A stretch of DNA of 64,000 bases from Abditibacterium sp. (GTDB taxonomy: Bacteria > Armatimonadota > Abditibacteriia > Abditibacteriales > Abditibacteriaceae), in contig OZ251992.1 in NCBI GenBank assembly GCA_965246885.1, positions 2,624,001-2,688,000 on the forward strand, given 5' to 3'. Shown here one piece after another: positions 8,955 to 17,901 of this stretch. The notes beneath the pieces were generated by a model. It saw only the letters and a list, made by a program, of their open reading frames with translations, was not told the DNA's origin and searched no databases. The position numbers and the translations under genes are program-made. The stretch's first letter is position 1, and every line of letters begins with the position of its first letter.

Positions 8955-10478
8955 CTAAGCCCGTTTCCGCCGTATCTTGCGCAGCGCCGACAGGACGCCG
9001 ATGACAATGCCCGCGAGGATCGCGCCGGTGATTTTAAGGAAGGTGGCCATGCCGCTTGCCCCGGTGTCGGGGGCAAGCGGCGCGGCGCCGTTGGGAGCTT
9101 CCCCGGTAGACGCGCCACCGGGCAACGCGAGCGGCGGAATTTGATACCAGATGGCCGTCCATTTCCAGTTCATGTCGTCGGTGTTGTTGCCCTTGCCTTG
9201 CTCGAACGAGAAATCAAGCGACCGCTTGAAGGGTATCGGGTCAACGACGTGGAAGCGGTAGGCGGACACGGCGGGCGGCGCGGGTGATTTGAAACTGAGG
9301 CCGTTGTATTGGTCGAGGAAAGGCTTATCGGGGAAATACCACGCCGACGAGAAGTAGTCCTCGGTTCCGGTGCCCTCGTAGGGAGCGCCGTCGAGGGTGA
9401 TGGTTTCGTTGCCTTCCAAGAACGAGAAGGTGCGGTGCGGGCTGCCTTTGTCCGGTTCGATACTCAGCGCCAGCCCTGCGAAGGCGCCTTGGCCTTTGAC
9501 GCGGATGATGGGAATCGGCTTGCCTTTTTGGGTGTGCGCGGACTGCTCGAGCGCACAGAAGCGGACTTTGGACGGCTCGCTGGCGAAGTTCAGCACCCGC
9601 GCTAAGACGTCGAACTTGAGGTCGTGGTCGGTCGGGTTGACGAGGCTGAACTTGGCGGTCTTGAAGGGCATGGGCCAGCGCAGCAAGAGGCGCGACCCGT
9701 CGTAATCGGCGACGGCGTTGTTGCCCAGTTCGTCGCCCTTCTCCTGCCCGCCGAGCGCAAGGAGCGGCGCGTCAACGGCGCGTTGCCCGTCGAAATCGGC
9801 GTGCAAGCGCACTTGGGAAAACACGCCCTTGGCGGGGCCGGTGTTCATGGCGATTTGCAGTTCGTAAATCAGCCCCGGCTTGGCCCACGAACCGCACTCG
9901 CGCTCGGCGCCCTTGGGAACGGAAACGGTGACCTCGCGCTTGTCGGTCTGGGTGACTTGCGGCAGAACGGGCAACAGGGCTTGGCTTTCCGGGCGCACGC
10001 TCGCTTGAAAGAACCACTTGTTCGCCTCTTTTGCGTGGTTGGTTACTAAAAGCGCCGACTCCTTATCCAAGTGCGCGAGCGGCTCGAAGTCGAAGATGGG
10101 AAACAGCGTGTAGGCCTTGTTTTGCACTGCGCCGCGCCGCTCGACGGCGTGACCCATCACCATGAGCGGCGTTCGTCTGTCGCGCGCGGTTTGGAGGGTC
10201 AAGTCGGTCTGTTCGGGGAACAGCGAGGTAGACCACAAGCGCAGCAATGTCCCCTTGGCAAGCGGCACGCGCCGCGTTTCGCCCGGCTTGAGCAAGACGT
10301 AATCGAAGTTCTGGTGCTTGGGATCGGTCGAGGCGAACCACAAGGGCGCCGGTTGAAAGGGCGCAGGCAGCAACCCCTGTAGCTCGGTCGTGACTTCTTG
10401 AGCATGCGCCGCGCCGCTCCACAAGAGCGCGGCGAGGAGCGCGAAGCCCGCGAGCGTCCGCTTAATAGATAGCGCCAT
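8955..10478 (-). CDS. DUF2961 / GH172-like protein with signal peptide and C-terminal membrane anchor
   Basis: FLEGNE, GTGTEDYFSSAWYF, SAYRFHVVDPIPF motifs; C-terminal hydrophobic stretch and basic tail; start set at MALSIKR. Confidence 0.8.
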   Translation of the reverse strand: MALSIKRTLAGFALLAALLWSGAAHAQEVTTELQGLLPAPFQPAPLWFASTDPKHQNFDYVLLKPGETRRVPLAKGTLLRLWSTSLFPEQTDLTLQTARDRRTPLMVMGHAVERRGAVQNKAYTLFPIFDFEPLAHLDKESALLVTNHAKEANKWFFQASVRPESQALLPVLPQVTQTDKREVTVSVPKGAERECGSWAKPGLIYELQIAMNTGPAKGVFSQVRLHADFDGQRAVDAPLLALGGQEKGDELGNNAVADYDGSRLLLRWPMPFKTAKFSLVNPTDHDLKFDVLARVLNFASEPSKVRFCALEQSAHTQKGKPIPIIRVKGQGAFAGLALSIEPDKGSPHRTFSFLEGNETITLDGAPYEGTGTEDYFSSAWYFPDKPFLDQYNGLSFKSPAPPAVSAYRFHVVDPIPFKRSLDFSFEQGKGNNTDDMNWKWTAIWYQIPPLALPGGASTGEAPNGAAPLAPDTGASGMATFLKITGAILAGIVIGVLSALRKIRRKRA

Positions 10479-10818
10479 CGTCGCCACCTCCCATGCCGCC
10501 CGCTTCGCCTTCGCCCGCGAGGAGGGCTTCCATCTCTTCGCCCAAGTCTTCGCCCGATTCCTCGCCCATCTGCTGGCCCATCTCGCGGGCGAAGCGGCGC
10601 AGCGCCTTGGGGTCGTCGAAATCCTGCGATTCGAGCGAGTCCGCGACGGCGTCCATGCGCGCATCGTCGGAGCGGCCCCGGCTAAAGCGCGACATAATCT
10701 TGGAAAGGTCGGCGCTTTGACACGCCGGACAATGCGGCGCGGCTTCGCCCGACACCACGCCCGTTAAAAAGGTGAAGCGCTTGCCGCACGCGCCGCACCG
10801 AAACTCAAACAATGGCAT
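10462..10818 (-). CDS. FmdB-family zinc ribbon protein
   Basis: MPLFEFRCGACGKRF...CPACQS...KIMSRF. Confidence 0.88.
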   Translation of the reverse strand: MPLFEFRCGACGKRFTFLTGVVSGEAAPHCPACQSADLSKIMSRFSRGRSDDARMDAVADSLESQDFDDPKALRRFAREMGQQMGEESGEDLGEEMEALLAGEGEAGGMGGGDDGAIY

Positions 10819-10880
10819 ACGAGCCAAGTTTAAGAGGGCGCGGCGAAAGGTTCGGCGCCCACGTTTAAACTGCGGCCCCA

Positions 10881-13238
10881 ATGCGAGTACTTTTAGAACA
10901 CGACCCCTTCGAGCGCGGCGCCGAGCGCGCTTTCGAGCAAGCCGGACTGTGGCCCGCGCGTTGGATTCACCTGCCCGACTCGGACGTGCGGCCCTTTTTC
11001 GCGGCCTATAAGTGCGCCTTTTCCCTGCCGGAAGCGCGGACGGTGCGCGTTCATGTGTCGGCGGACGAGCGGTATCGCTTGTTCCTCGACGGGCAGCGCG
11101 TCGGGGTTGGCCCGGAGCGCGGCGACGCCCTCGCGTGGTGTTTCGAGAGCTACGACCTCGACTTGGCGGCGGGCGAGCATTTGTTCGTCGCGCAAGTTTG
11201 GAGCTTGGGCGAAGGCGCGGCGTTCGCGCAGATGAGCGTGCGGCACGGCTTTTTGCTGTGTCCCGACGACGCCGAACTCGTGCCGCTTTTGGCGACGGGA
11301 TATGCGCCTTGGGCGGGCAAGGTTCTGGGCGGTCTCGAATCGCGCGACAAGCTGTGCGCGTGGGGCACGGGCGACAAACTGCGCGTGAACGGCGCGCTTT
11401 ACCCTTGGGGCTTCGAGCGCGGCGAGGGGGATTGGGGCGCGGTCGAGATGGCCGGAACGGGGGCGCGGGCCGGAGCCATTCCCAACGAGCGGCAAGTTCA
11501 TTTCCTCGTGCCCGCCATGCTGCCGCCGATGCTGGACGAGCCGCGCGTCGGATTTCGCGCCGTTCACGTCAGCGCGACCCCGGCGCCGACCTCGGAGGTG
11601 CCCTTGCGCAACGTGGACGATTTTGCCGGGGAACGCGGGGCGTGGCAGGAGTTTCTGAGCGGCGCGCGCGCGCTGGACATTCCGCCGCACACCACGCGGC
11701 GCGTGCTGGTCAAGCTCGACGATTACTTTTGCGCGTTCCCCGAACTGACGGTTTCGGGCGGGGCGGGCGCGGCGGTGCGCATCCATTGGAGCGAGGGGCT
11801 GTTCGAGAATCTGACCGACTGGAACAAGGGGCACCGCGACGAGTGGGAGGGGAAATTCTTTACCGCGATGTGGAACAAGCGCGACGGCGTGGGCGACGAG
11901 TTCCTGCCCGATGGGGGGCAAAATCGCACCTTCTCGACGCTGTGGTGGGAAGCGGGGCTGTGGCTCGAATGGCAGATAGAAACGCGCGACGAGCCGCTTT
12001 GCCTCGAACGCTTCGCGCTCCGCGAGACGCGCTATCCGCTTGAAATGGAATCGCGCTTCGCCTGCGACGACGCTGAGGTGACGGCGATGATTCCCATCAT
12101 GGTGCGCGCGCTTCAGATGTGCGCGCACGAGACTTACATGGATTGCCCGTTCTACGAGCAACTGATGTATATCGGCGACACGCGCTTGGAAGTGCTGCTG
12201 ACGTATGCCTTGACGGGTGACACGCGGCTACCGAAGAAGGCGCTGCGGGCGTTCGACCATTCGCGGGTGCGGTCGGGGCTAACCCAAAGCCGCTACCCGT
12301 CCAACGTCTTGCAAATCATCCCGCCGTTCTCGCTGTGGTGGGTGTGCATGGTTCACGACTTCGCACTGTGGCGCGACGAGCCGGAGTTCGTGGCGTCGCT
12401 GCTGCCCGGCGTGCGGGCGGTGTGCGACTATTTTGCGGGTTTGATTCGGGCGGAGGATGGCTTGATGGGCGCGCCGGACGGCTGGAACTTCGCGGACTGG
12501 GTCGGCATGACCGCTTTCCGCCGCGAAGGGGAGCCGCACTGGGAAAGCGGCATCCCGCCCGAAGGGTCGCGCGGCGTGTCGGCGATTCTCAATTTGCAGT
12601 TCGTCCTCGCGCTGCAAGCCGCCGCGCAGGTCGAGGAGTGGCACGGCGAAGCGGAGTTGGCCGCCTTGCAAAATCGCCGCGCCCTCGCGCTCTTTGAGGC
12701 GGTGCAGACGCACTTCTGGCGCGAGGAGCGCGGCCTGTTTGCCGACGACCTGAGCAGCGCGCACTGGAGCGAACACGCGCAGTGTCTCGCCGTTTTGACG
12801 GGGCTTTTGTCCGAGGAGCGCCGCGCCCAAGTCGAGCGCGGCTTGTTCGAGGCCCCCGACTTGGCGCGCACGACCATCTACTTTTCGCACTACCTCTTCG
12901 AGGCGTGCCGCGTGTTGGGGCGGATGGACAAGTTCTTCGCGCGCCTCGAAGATTGGAACACACTCGTCCACAACGGCCTCAAAACCACCATCGAATCGCC
13001 CGAACCGACGCGCTCCGACTGCCATGCGTGGGGCGCGCATCCCTTGTTCCACTTCTTCGCGTCCGTCGCGGGAGTGCGCCCGACCGCGCCGGGGTTCAAA
13101 CGCTTCCAATTCGCGCCGCAATTGGGCACGCTCGGCCACATCGAAGGCGAACTGCCGCACCCGCAAGGCACCATTTCCTTCCGCGTTTCCACGCATGAAA
13201 CGCACGTGTCCGCGCCCGCAGGCGTGGAACAGGATTAA
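10881..13238 (+). CDS. Alpha-L-rhamnosidase-like glycoside hydrolase (GH78)
   Basis: VSADERYRLF, ETYMDCPFYEQLMYIGD, RSDCHAWGAHP motifs. Confidence 0.9.
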   Translation: MRVLLEHDPFERGAERAFEQAGLWPARWIHLPDSDVRPFFAAYKCAFSLPEARTVRVHVSADERYRLFLDGQRVGVGPERGDALAWCFESYDLDLAAGEHLFVAQVWSLGEGAAFAQMSVRHGFLLCPDDAELVPLLATGYAPWAGKVLGGLESRDKLCAWGTGDKLRVNGALYPWGFERGEGDWGAVEMAGTGARAGAIPNERQVHFLVPAMLPPMLDEPRVGFRAVHVSATPAPTSEVPLRNVDDFAGERGAWQEFLSGARALDIPPHTTRRVLVKLDDYFCAFPELTVSGGAGAAVRIHWSEGLFENLTDWNKGHRDEWEGKFFTAMWNKRDGVGDEFLPDGGQNRTFSTLWWEAGLWLEWQIETRDEPLCLERFALRETRYPLEMESRFACDDAEVTAMIPIMVRALQMCAHETYMDCPFYEQLMYIGDTRLEVLLTYALTGDTRLPKKALRAFDHSRVRSGLTQSRYPSNVLQIIPPFSLWWVCMVHDFALWRDEPEFVASLLPGVRAVCDYFAGLIRAEDGLMGAPDGWNFADWVGMTAFRREGEPHWESGIPPEGSRGVSAILNLQFVLALQAAAQVEEWHGEAELAALQNRRALALFEAVQTHFWREERGLFADDLSSAHWSEHAQCLAVLTGLLSEERRAQVERGLFEAPDLARTTIYFSHYLFEACRVLGRMDKFFARLEDWNTLVHNGLKTTIESPEPTRSDCHAWGAHPLFHFFASVAGVRPTAPGFKRFQFAPQLGTLGHIEGELPHPQGTISFRVSTHETHVSAPAGVEQD

Positions 13239-13286
13239 CCCCACCGCCTTTTCCAACTGTTCTCGCGCCCGTTCGATATGCCACCA

Positions 13287-13475
13287 ATCGAGCTCGATTC
13301 ACGGCAGATCGAACTCGATGCGCGACATATCGAACTCGATGCGTGGCATATCGAACTCGATTCACGATAAATCGAGTTCGATTCATGGCACATCGAGTTC
13401 GATTCGTAAGACATCGAGTTCGATTCACGGCGAATCGAACTCGATGCGCGGCAAATCGAACTCGCGCAACGATTA
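13287..13475. repeat. 21-bp tandem array: 12-bp quasi-palindrome ATCGARYTCGAT plus 9 variable bp (9 units)
   Basis: Units at 13287, 13308, 13329, 13350, 13371, 13392, 13413, 13434, 13455. Confidence 0.95.
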
Positions 13476-13571
13476 ATCGGAGCCGATTATTGGTTGCGCG
13501 ACGGGACGGAAAAGCAGCGTGGCCCCGGTGAAGAGTTCACCAGGGCCACGCGAAAAGGGGACGAGGAGGGG

Positions 13572-14081
13572 CTACGAGCCGACGCGCTCGCTTTTGCCGG
13601 TCAGCCTGTCCCAAAGTTGGTAATCGGTGTCGGTCTTGGAAACCAGCTTTTGCCCCGCTTGCGCTTGGAGGTGCGGCGTGACGGGGTTCTCGCCGGACGC
13701 GATGATTTCCAAGCGGTCGGGGTGGTTCAAGTCCACGTATTTGGCGCCCTGCTCCAGCTTGCCGCCAACGGGCACGACGAGAATCTGCTTTAATTCGTCG
13801 GAGCCAAACTCCTTCATGGCGTCCACGAGCGCCTTGTCATCGTAGGCGCGCATCATGCGCTGCGGGCGCGCGTCGTGCGGGCCGGAGTTTTCGCCACTCC
13901 GTTCGTGCGGTCGCAGGTCGGCGTCGAAGTCGTCGCGGTCGAGGAGGTCGAGCGGCTCCTCGTTCTTGTGCCCGGTCTGCGCGTCGAGCGCGGAGTGATC
14001 CGTCTTGTGCGTAGCGGCGGAGCGCTCGTTGATTTTGCCTTTGTCTTGGCCGTCTTTCTTGTCGCGGTGTTTGTCTGACAT
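13572..14081 (-). CDS. Hypothetical protein
   Basis: Start at MSDKHRDKK; charged N-terminus then globular-looking region (LEQGAKYVDL...YQLWDRLTG). Confidence 0.7.
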   Translation of the reverse strand: MSDKHRDKKDGQDKGKINERSAATHKTDHSALDAQTGHKNEEPLDLLDRDDFDADLRPHERSGENSGPHDARPQRMMRAYDDKALVDAMKEFGSDELKQILVVPVGGKLEQGAKYVDLNHPDRLEIIASGENPVTPHLQAQAGQKLVSKTDTDYQLWDRLTGKSERVGS

Positions 14082-14231
14082 AACGACGCGCGGAGAGTCA
14101 AATCGCGGGCCAACGGGCTGCAAGAGGGGGAGATTGGGGGACGGGGAGAAAGGGAGAAGTGGCAGCGCGGCATTCTCCCGCTCTTGCCCTTTCCCCCTCC
14201 CGAAGAGCGGAGCGCCTTTAAACTGGGCGTC

Positions 14232-15476
14232 ATGCCGCTTCGTTTTCTGACCGCCGGGGAGTCGCACGGCCCCGCCTTGACCGCCATCATCGAGGGGATG
14301 CCCGCCAATGTGCCGCTTCTCGCCGAACAAATAGACCACCATCTCGCGCGGCGCCAAGGGGGATATGGGCGCGGCGGGCGCATGAAGATCGAGACCGACC
14401 GCGCCGTCATCTCGTCGGGCGTGCGGCACGGGCTGACGATGGGCGGGCCGATTACCCTCACTGTTCCCAACCGCGACTTCGAGTCGTGGGGCGACGTGAT
14501 GCGCCCCGAACCCGTCGCGCGCTACGCGCAGGATTCCGTCAAGACGCGCCCGATTCAGATTCCTCGCCCCGGCCATGTGGACTTCGCGGGCGCCGTCAAG
14601 TACGACCCGCGCGACTTCGATGGGCAGACCGACATGCGCAACATCTTGGAGCGCGCCTCCGCGAGAGAAACCACCATGCGCGTCGCGGCGGGGAGTGTCG
14701 CGCGGCGGCTGTTAGAAGAGTGCGGGATTTTCCTCGGCTCGCACGTCGTTTCGATTGGCGAAGTGAGCGTGGAGTACGGCGACGTGCCCGACGCCCGCAC
14801 GCTCAACGAGCGCGCCGACGCCTCGCCCGTTCGGGTGCTGGACGGCGACGCGCAAGGGCAGATGATTGAAGCGATAGACGCCGCGATGCGCGAGCGCGAC
14901 ACCCTCGGCGGCGTGTTCGAGGTCGTGTGCGACGGCTTGCCGGTTGGGTTGGGCAGTCACGTTCATTGGGACAGGAAGTTGGACGGCCTGCTCGCGGGCG
15001 CCTTGATGAGCATCCACGCGATGAAGGGCGTCGAGATTGGTTTGGGCTTCGAGGCGGCGCGGCGGCGCGGCAGCGAGGTTCACGACCCCTTCGAGCGCGG
15101 CACGAACGGCAAACTTTTGGGCCGCACGCGCAACAACGCGGGCGGTCTCGAAGGCGGCGTCACGAACGGCGAGCCGCTTGTCTGCCGCGTGGCGATGAAG
15201 CCGATTTCGACCTTGATGAACGCGCTGCCGAGCGTCAACCTCACCAACGGCGACCCCACCGCCGCGCACGTCGAACGCTCCGACTACTGCGCTGTTCCGG
15301 CGGCGGGCGTCGTCGGCGAAGCGATGATCGCCCTTGTATTGGCGGGCGCCCTACTCGAAAAGTTTGGCGGCGACTCGCTCGGCGAGACCCGCGAGCGCGT
15401 CGAAGCGCACCGCCAACGAACCCGCGACTTGGCCCGCCAATGGAGTGCGGCAACCGTTCAAACTGTGTCCTACTAA
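14232..15476 (+). CDS. aroC: Chorismate synthase
   Basis: LRFLTAGESHGPAL, PRPGHVD, ILERASARET, NNAGGLEGG, MKPISTL, ERSD. Confidence 0.97.
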   Translation: MPLRFLTAGESHGPALTAIIEGMPANVPLLAEQIDHHLARRQGGYGRGGRMKIETDRAVISSGVRHGLTMGGPITLTVPNRDFESWGDVMRPEPVARYAQDSVKTRPIQIPRPGHVDFAGAVKYDPRDFDGQTDMRNILERASARETTMRVAAGSVARRLLEECGIFLGSHVVSIGEVSVEYGDVPDARTLNERADASPVRVLDGDAQGQMIEAIDAAMRERDTLGGVFEVVCDGLPVGLGSHVHWDRKLDGLLAGALMSIHAMKGVEIGLGFEAARRRGSEVHDPFERGTNGKLLGRTRNNAGGLEGGVTNGEPLVCRVAMKPISTLMNALPSVNLTNGDPTAAHVERSDYCAVPAAGVVGEAMIALVLAGALLEKFGGDSLGETRERVEAHRQRTRDLARQWSAATVQTVSY

Positions 15477-15479
15477 ATC

Positions 15480-15980
15480 ATGATTCGCATGAACATCGAG
15501 GGCATCGGCTTCGACCACTACCGGCAAACCGTTGTCGTTCTCAAAGACCCCGACTCCGAAAGGTTGCTTCCGATCTGGATCGGCCCCGCCGAAGCGCGCG
15601 CCATTCAGATCGAACTTGAAGGCGCACGCCCCGGTCGCCCCATGTCGCACGACCTCATGCTCGCGCTCGTCGAAGCCCTGCGCGGGCGCGTGGCGCGCGT
15701 GGTCGTCAACGACCTGCTCGACGCCACCTTTTACGCGACCATTGACATAGATACCCCAACCGGCACGCGCCACATAGACGCCCGCCCCTCGGATGCCATC
15801 GCCCTCGCCGTGCGCGCCAAGTGCCCCATCTTCGTGGACGGCAACGCGCAGGGCGCCCTCGTGGACGCCGAAACCATCCAAGGCTCCCCCGACACCCGCG
15901 ACGACCCCGCCCAACTCCCCCCGCCCCCGGAAGAAGAAAGCGAAATCGAACGCTTCCGGCGGCTGTTGGGGGAGGATTGA
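15480..15980 (+). CDS. Bifunctional nuclease family protein (DUF151)
   Basis: LPIWIGPAEARAI, RPMSHDL, IDARPSDAIALAVR. Confidence 0.92.
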   Translation: MIRMNIEGIGFDHYRQTVVVLKDPDSERLLPIWIGPAEARAIQIELEGARPGRPMSHDLMLALVEALRGRVARVVVNDLLDATFYATIDIDTPTGTRHIDARPSDAIALAVRAKCPIFVDGNAQGALVDAETIQGSPDTRDDPAQLPPPPEEESEIERFRRLLGED

Positions 15981-15988
15981 GAGAAAGC

Positions 15989-16945
15989 CTACTTCCGCCA
16001 CAGCGATTTCCAAGTTTCCCAGTCGCTCTGGTTCATTGAGTAATCGGCGAAAAGCGCGACTCCGTCGCACCGAACAGCGTTGGGGTTTCCGTCCAAGCCC
16101 TCGCGCACGGCACGCAGGGCAACGCGCAGGTTTTCCGCGTGGAGGTGGTGACTGAGGCCGCCATCTTTGTAAGCGGGAACAGCAATTAGGACGCGGCACT
16201 TGGTTCCTTGGGTGGCGCGCGGGATACGGACGCACTGCTGGCGCACGAGCCATGAGTAATGGCGCGGGAAGTAGAAGCCCGAATCATACGCCATCACCAC
16301 GATTTGGTCGGTTCGCGCGGCGACCTGCGCGAAGTAATCCTCGCTCCAGCCATAGGAACCAAGCGGCGCGGGCAACCACATCGGCGTCGCAATGGACAGG
16401 GGATGACCGAGGGTGCGCCCACGAATGGCGTCGAGTAGAAGCAACAAATTGCCGTCGCCGTCGGGCGGAATCTCATAGTCGAGGTGAATGCCGTCGAAGC
16501 CGTCCCCAATTAGCTTCGCGCACTCGCCCGCGATGCGTTCGCGTATATCCGCTTTGCCGATGTCTACGCCCGTGATGCCGCGCGCGTTGCCAACGTAAAC
16601 CCATGCAAAGCGACGCGCGGTGGGGTCGGAGGCGCGGAATTGCGCGTTGAATTTGCGCGCCGACTTGTGTATATCGAAGCGCAGGCGCCCCGATTGGCCG
16701 ATATAACGGACATGGAAAAATAAGTCGGCGAAGCCGCTCTGTTTCATCCGTGCAGCGAGATGGGCGGGCGATTCATGCCCTCGACCGCGCGCGAAGTCGA
16801 ACGCGAGGTAGACGCCGTTTCTCCCGGCATCAAGGCGGGGCGCCGCCGTTTTGCCAAGCGGATAAAGCGCGTAGTCGAGTGTCAAACCCAACGCGACGAA
16901 ACCGACGCAAAGGAAGAGGCGACGACGGCGACGCGGACGTTTCAT
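15989..16945 (-). CDS. GH18-like glycoside hydrolase, N-terminally membrane anchored
   Basis: DGFDGIHLDYE resembles DxxDxDxE; VVMAYD. Confidence 0.7.
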   Translation of the reverse strand: MKRPRRRRRLFLCVGFVALGLTLDYALYPLGKTAAPRLDAGRNGVYLAFDFARGRGHESPAHLAARMKQSGFADLFFHVRYIGQSGRLRFDIHKSARKFNAQFRASDPTARRFAWVYVGNARGITGVDIGKADIRERIAGECAKLIGDGFDGIHLDYEIPPDGDGNLLLLLDAIRGRTLGHPLSIATPMWLPAPLGSYGWSEDYFAQVAARTDQIVVMAYDSGFYFPRHYSWLVRQQCVRIPRATQGTKCRVLIAVPAYKDGGLSHHLHAENLRVALRAVREGLDGNPNAVRCDGVALFADYSMNQSDWETWKSLWRK

Positions 16946-16959
16946 TGTGGAAGGCGGCG

Positions 16960-17682
16960 TTACTCCGCGTGGTCTTCGGCGTGATCGTTGGCGGTGGGTT
17001 CGTCGCCGCCGGTGTTGTCTGCTGCCGTGCGGTTAGAGTTGGCGGTGGCGGCGCGGCGGGCGGCTTCGAGGCGGGCTTGTTTGGACGGGTTGCGCGCGCT
17101 CTTGGCGGCTTCTTTGGCGGCGGGGTCGGGCGCGGAGTCTTTGGGAGCGCCGCCGCGTTCGTAGGTGAGGTCGTACAAGCGGAAGGCTTGATCTATGATG
17201 GTGCCCGCGTCCACGCGGCCTTTGAAGCGCTCGATGCGCACTTTTTTGTGTTCGAGTATCTTGTAGTCCTCGAAGAACCTCTGGAGTTCGTTGAGGGTGT
17301 GGTCGGGAAGCTGCGAAATATCGCGCAGGTGGTTGTAGGCCGGGTCGTGCTCGTGGATGGCGATGATTTTGTCGTCCTCTTCGTCTTGGTCAATCATCTG
17401 CATCACGCCGATGGGCCGCGCGGTGAGGATGGAAAGCGGCATGACGGGTTCTTGACCGAGGACGAGGATGTCGAGCGGGTCGGAATCGTCGCAGTAGGTG
17501 CGGGGGATAAAGCCGTAGTTCGCCGGGTAAAAGACGGCGGAGTAAAGGACGCGGTCGAGGCGCAGGAGGCCCGACTCTTTGTCGAGTTCATACTTCAAGC
17601 GCCCGCCGCGCGGGATTTCGATGATGCAGTCGAGGGTATCGGGCGTGCTTTTGCGGGGTTCGATGTCGTGCCAAGGATTCAT
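16960..17682 (-). CDS. ppa: Family I inorganic pyrophosphatase with low-complexity C-terminal tail
   Basis: [37 protein letters not shown]. Confidence 0.95.
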   Translation of the reverse strand: MNPWHDIEPRKSTPDTLDCIIEIPRGGRLKYELDKESGLLRLDRVLYSAVFYPANYGFIPRTYCDDSDPLDILVLGQEPVMPLSILTARPIGVMQMIDQDEEDDKIIAIHEHDPAYNHLRDISQLPDHTLNELQRFFEDYKILEHKKVRIERFKGRVDAGTIIDQAFRLYDLTYERGGAPKDSAPDPAAKEAAKSARNPSKQARLEAARRAATANSNRTAADNTGGDEPTANDHAEDHAE

Positions 17683-17901
17683 AGAAACGAGCCTCGAAGT
17701 TTGCCCGACTTGGGCGCGCAGTGCTTGGTTTGCCCGACGAAAATGGCGCTTTGACCCGCAAAAATGGGCAAATCAAGCGGGAAGCGCGGCGCGCGGTTAA
17801 AATTTCTTGCAATGCTTGGTTCGAGTCAAGGCGCTTTGCCCGAAGAGGTGGCGCCGTCGCCGTCTTCTCCTTTGCCCCCCAACGGGACAAAGGCGCGCCC
17901 G

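Noticed and set aside
13287..13475. Canonical CRISPR or TIGR array
   Set aside because: Repeat (12 bp) and spacers (9 bp) too short for CRISPR, spacers are related to each other, no cas gene; period is 21 rather than 36 and no box C/D motifs or Nop-domain gene seen
14125..14201. Purine-rich GGGAGA tract followed by a pyrimidine-rich complement upstream of aroC
   Set aside because: Imperfect low-complexity inverted repeat; cannot support a specific element or riboswitch
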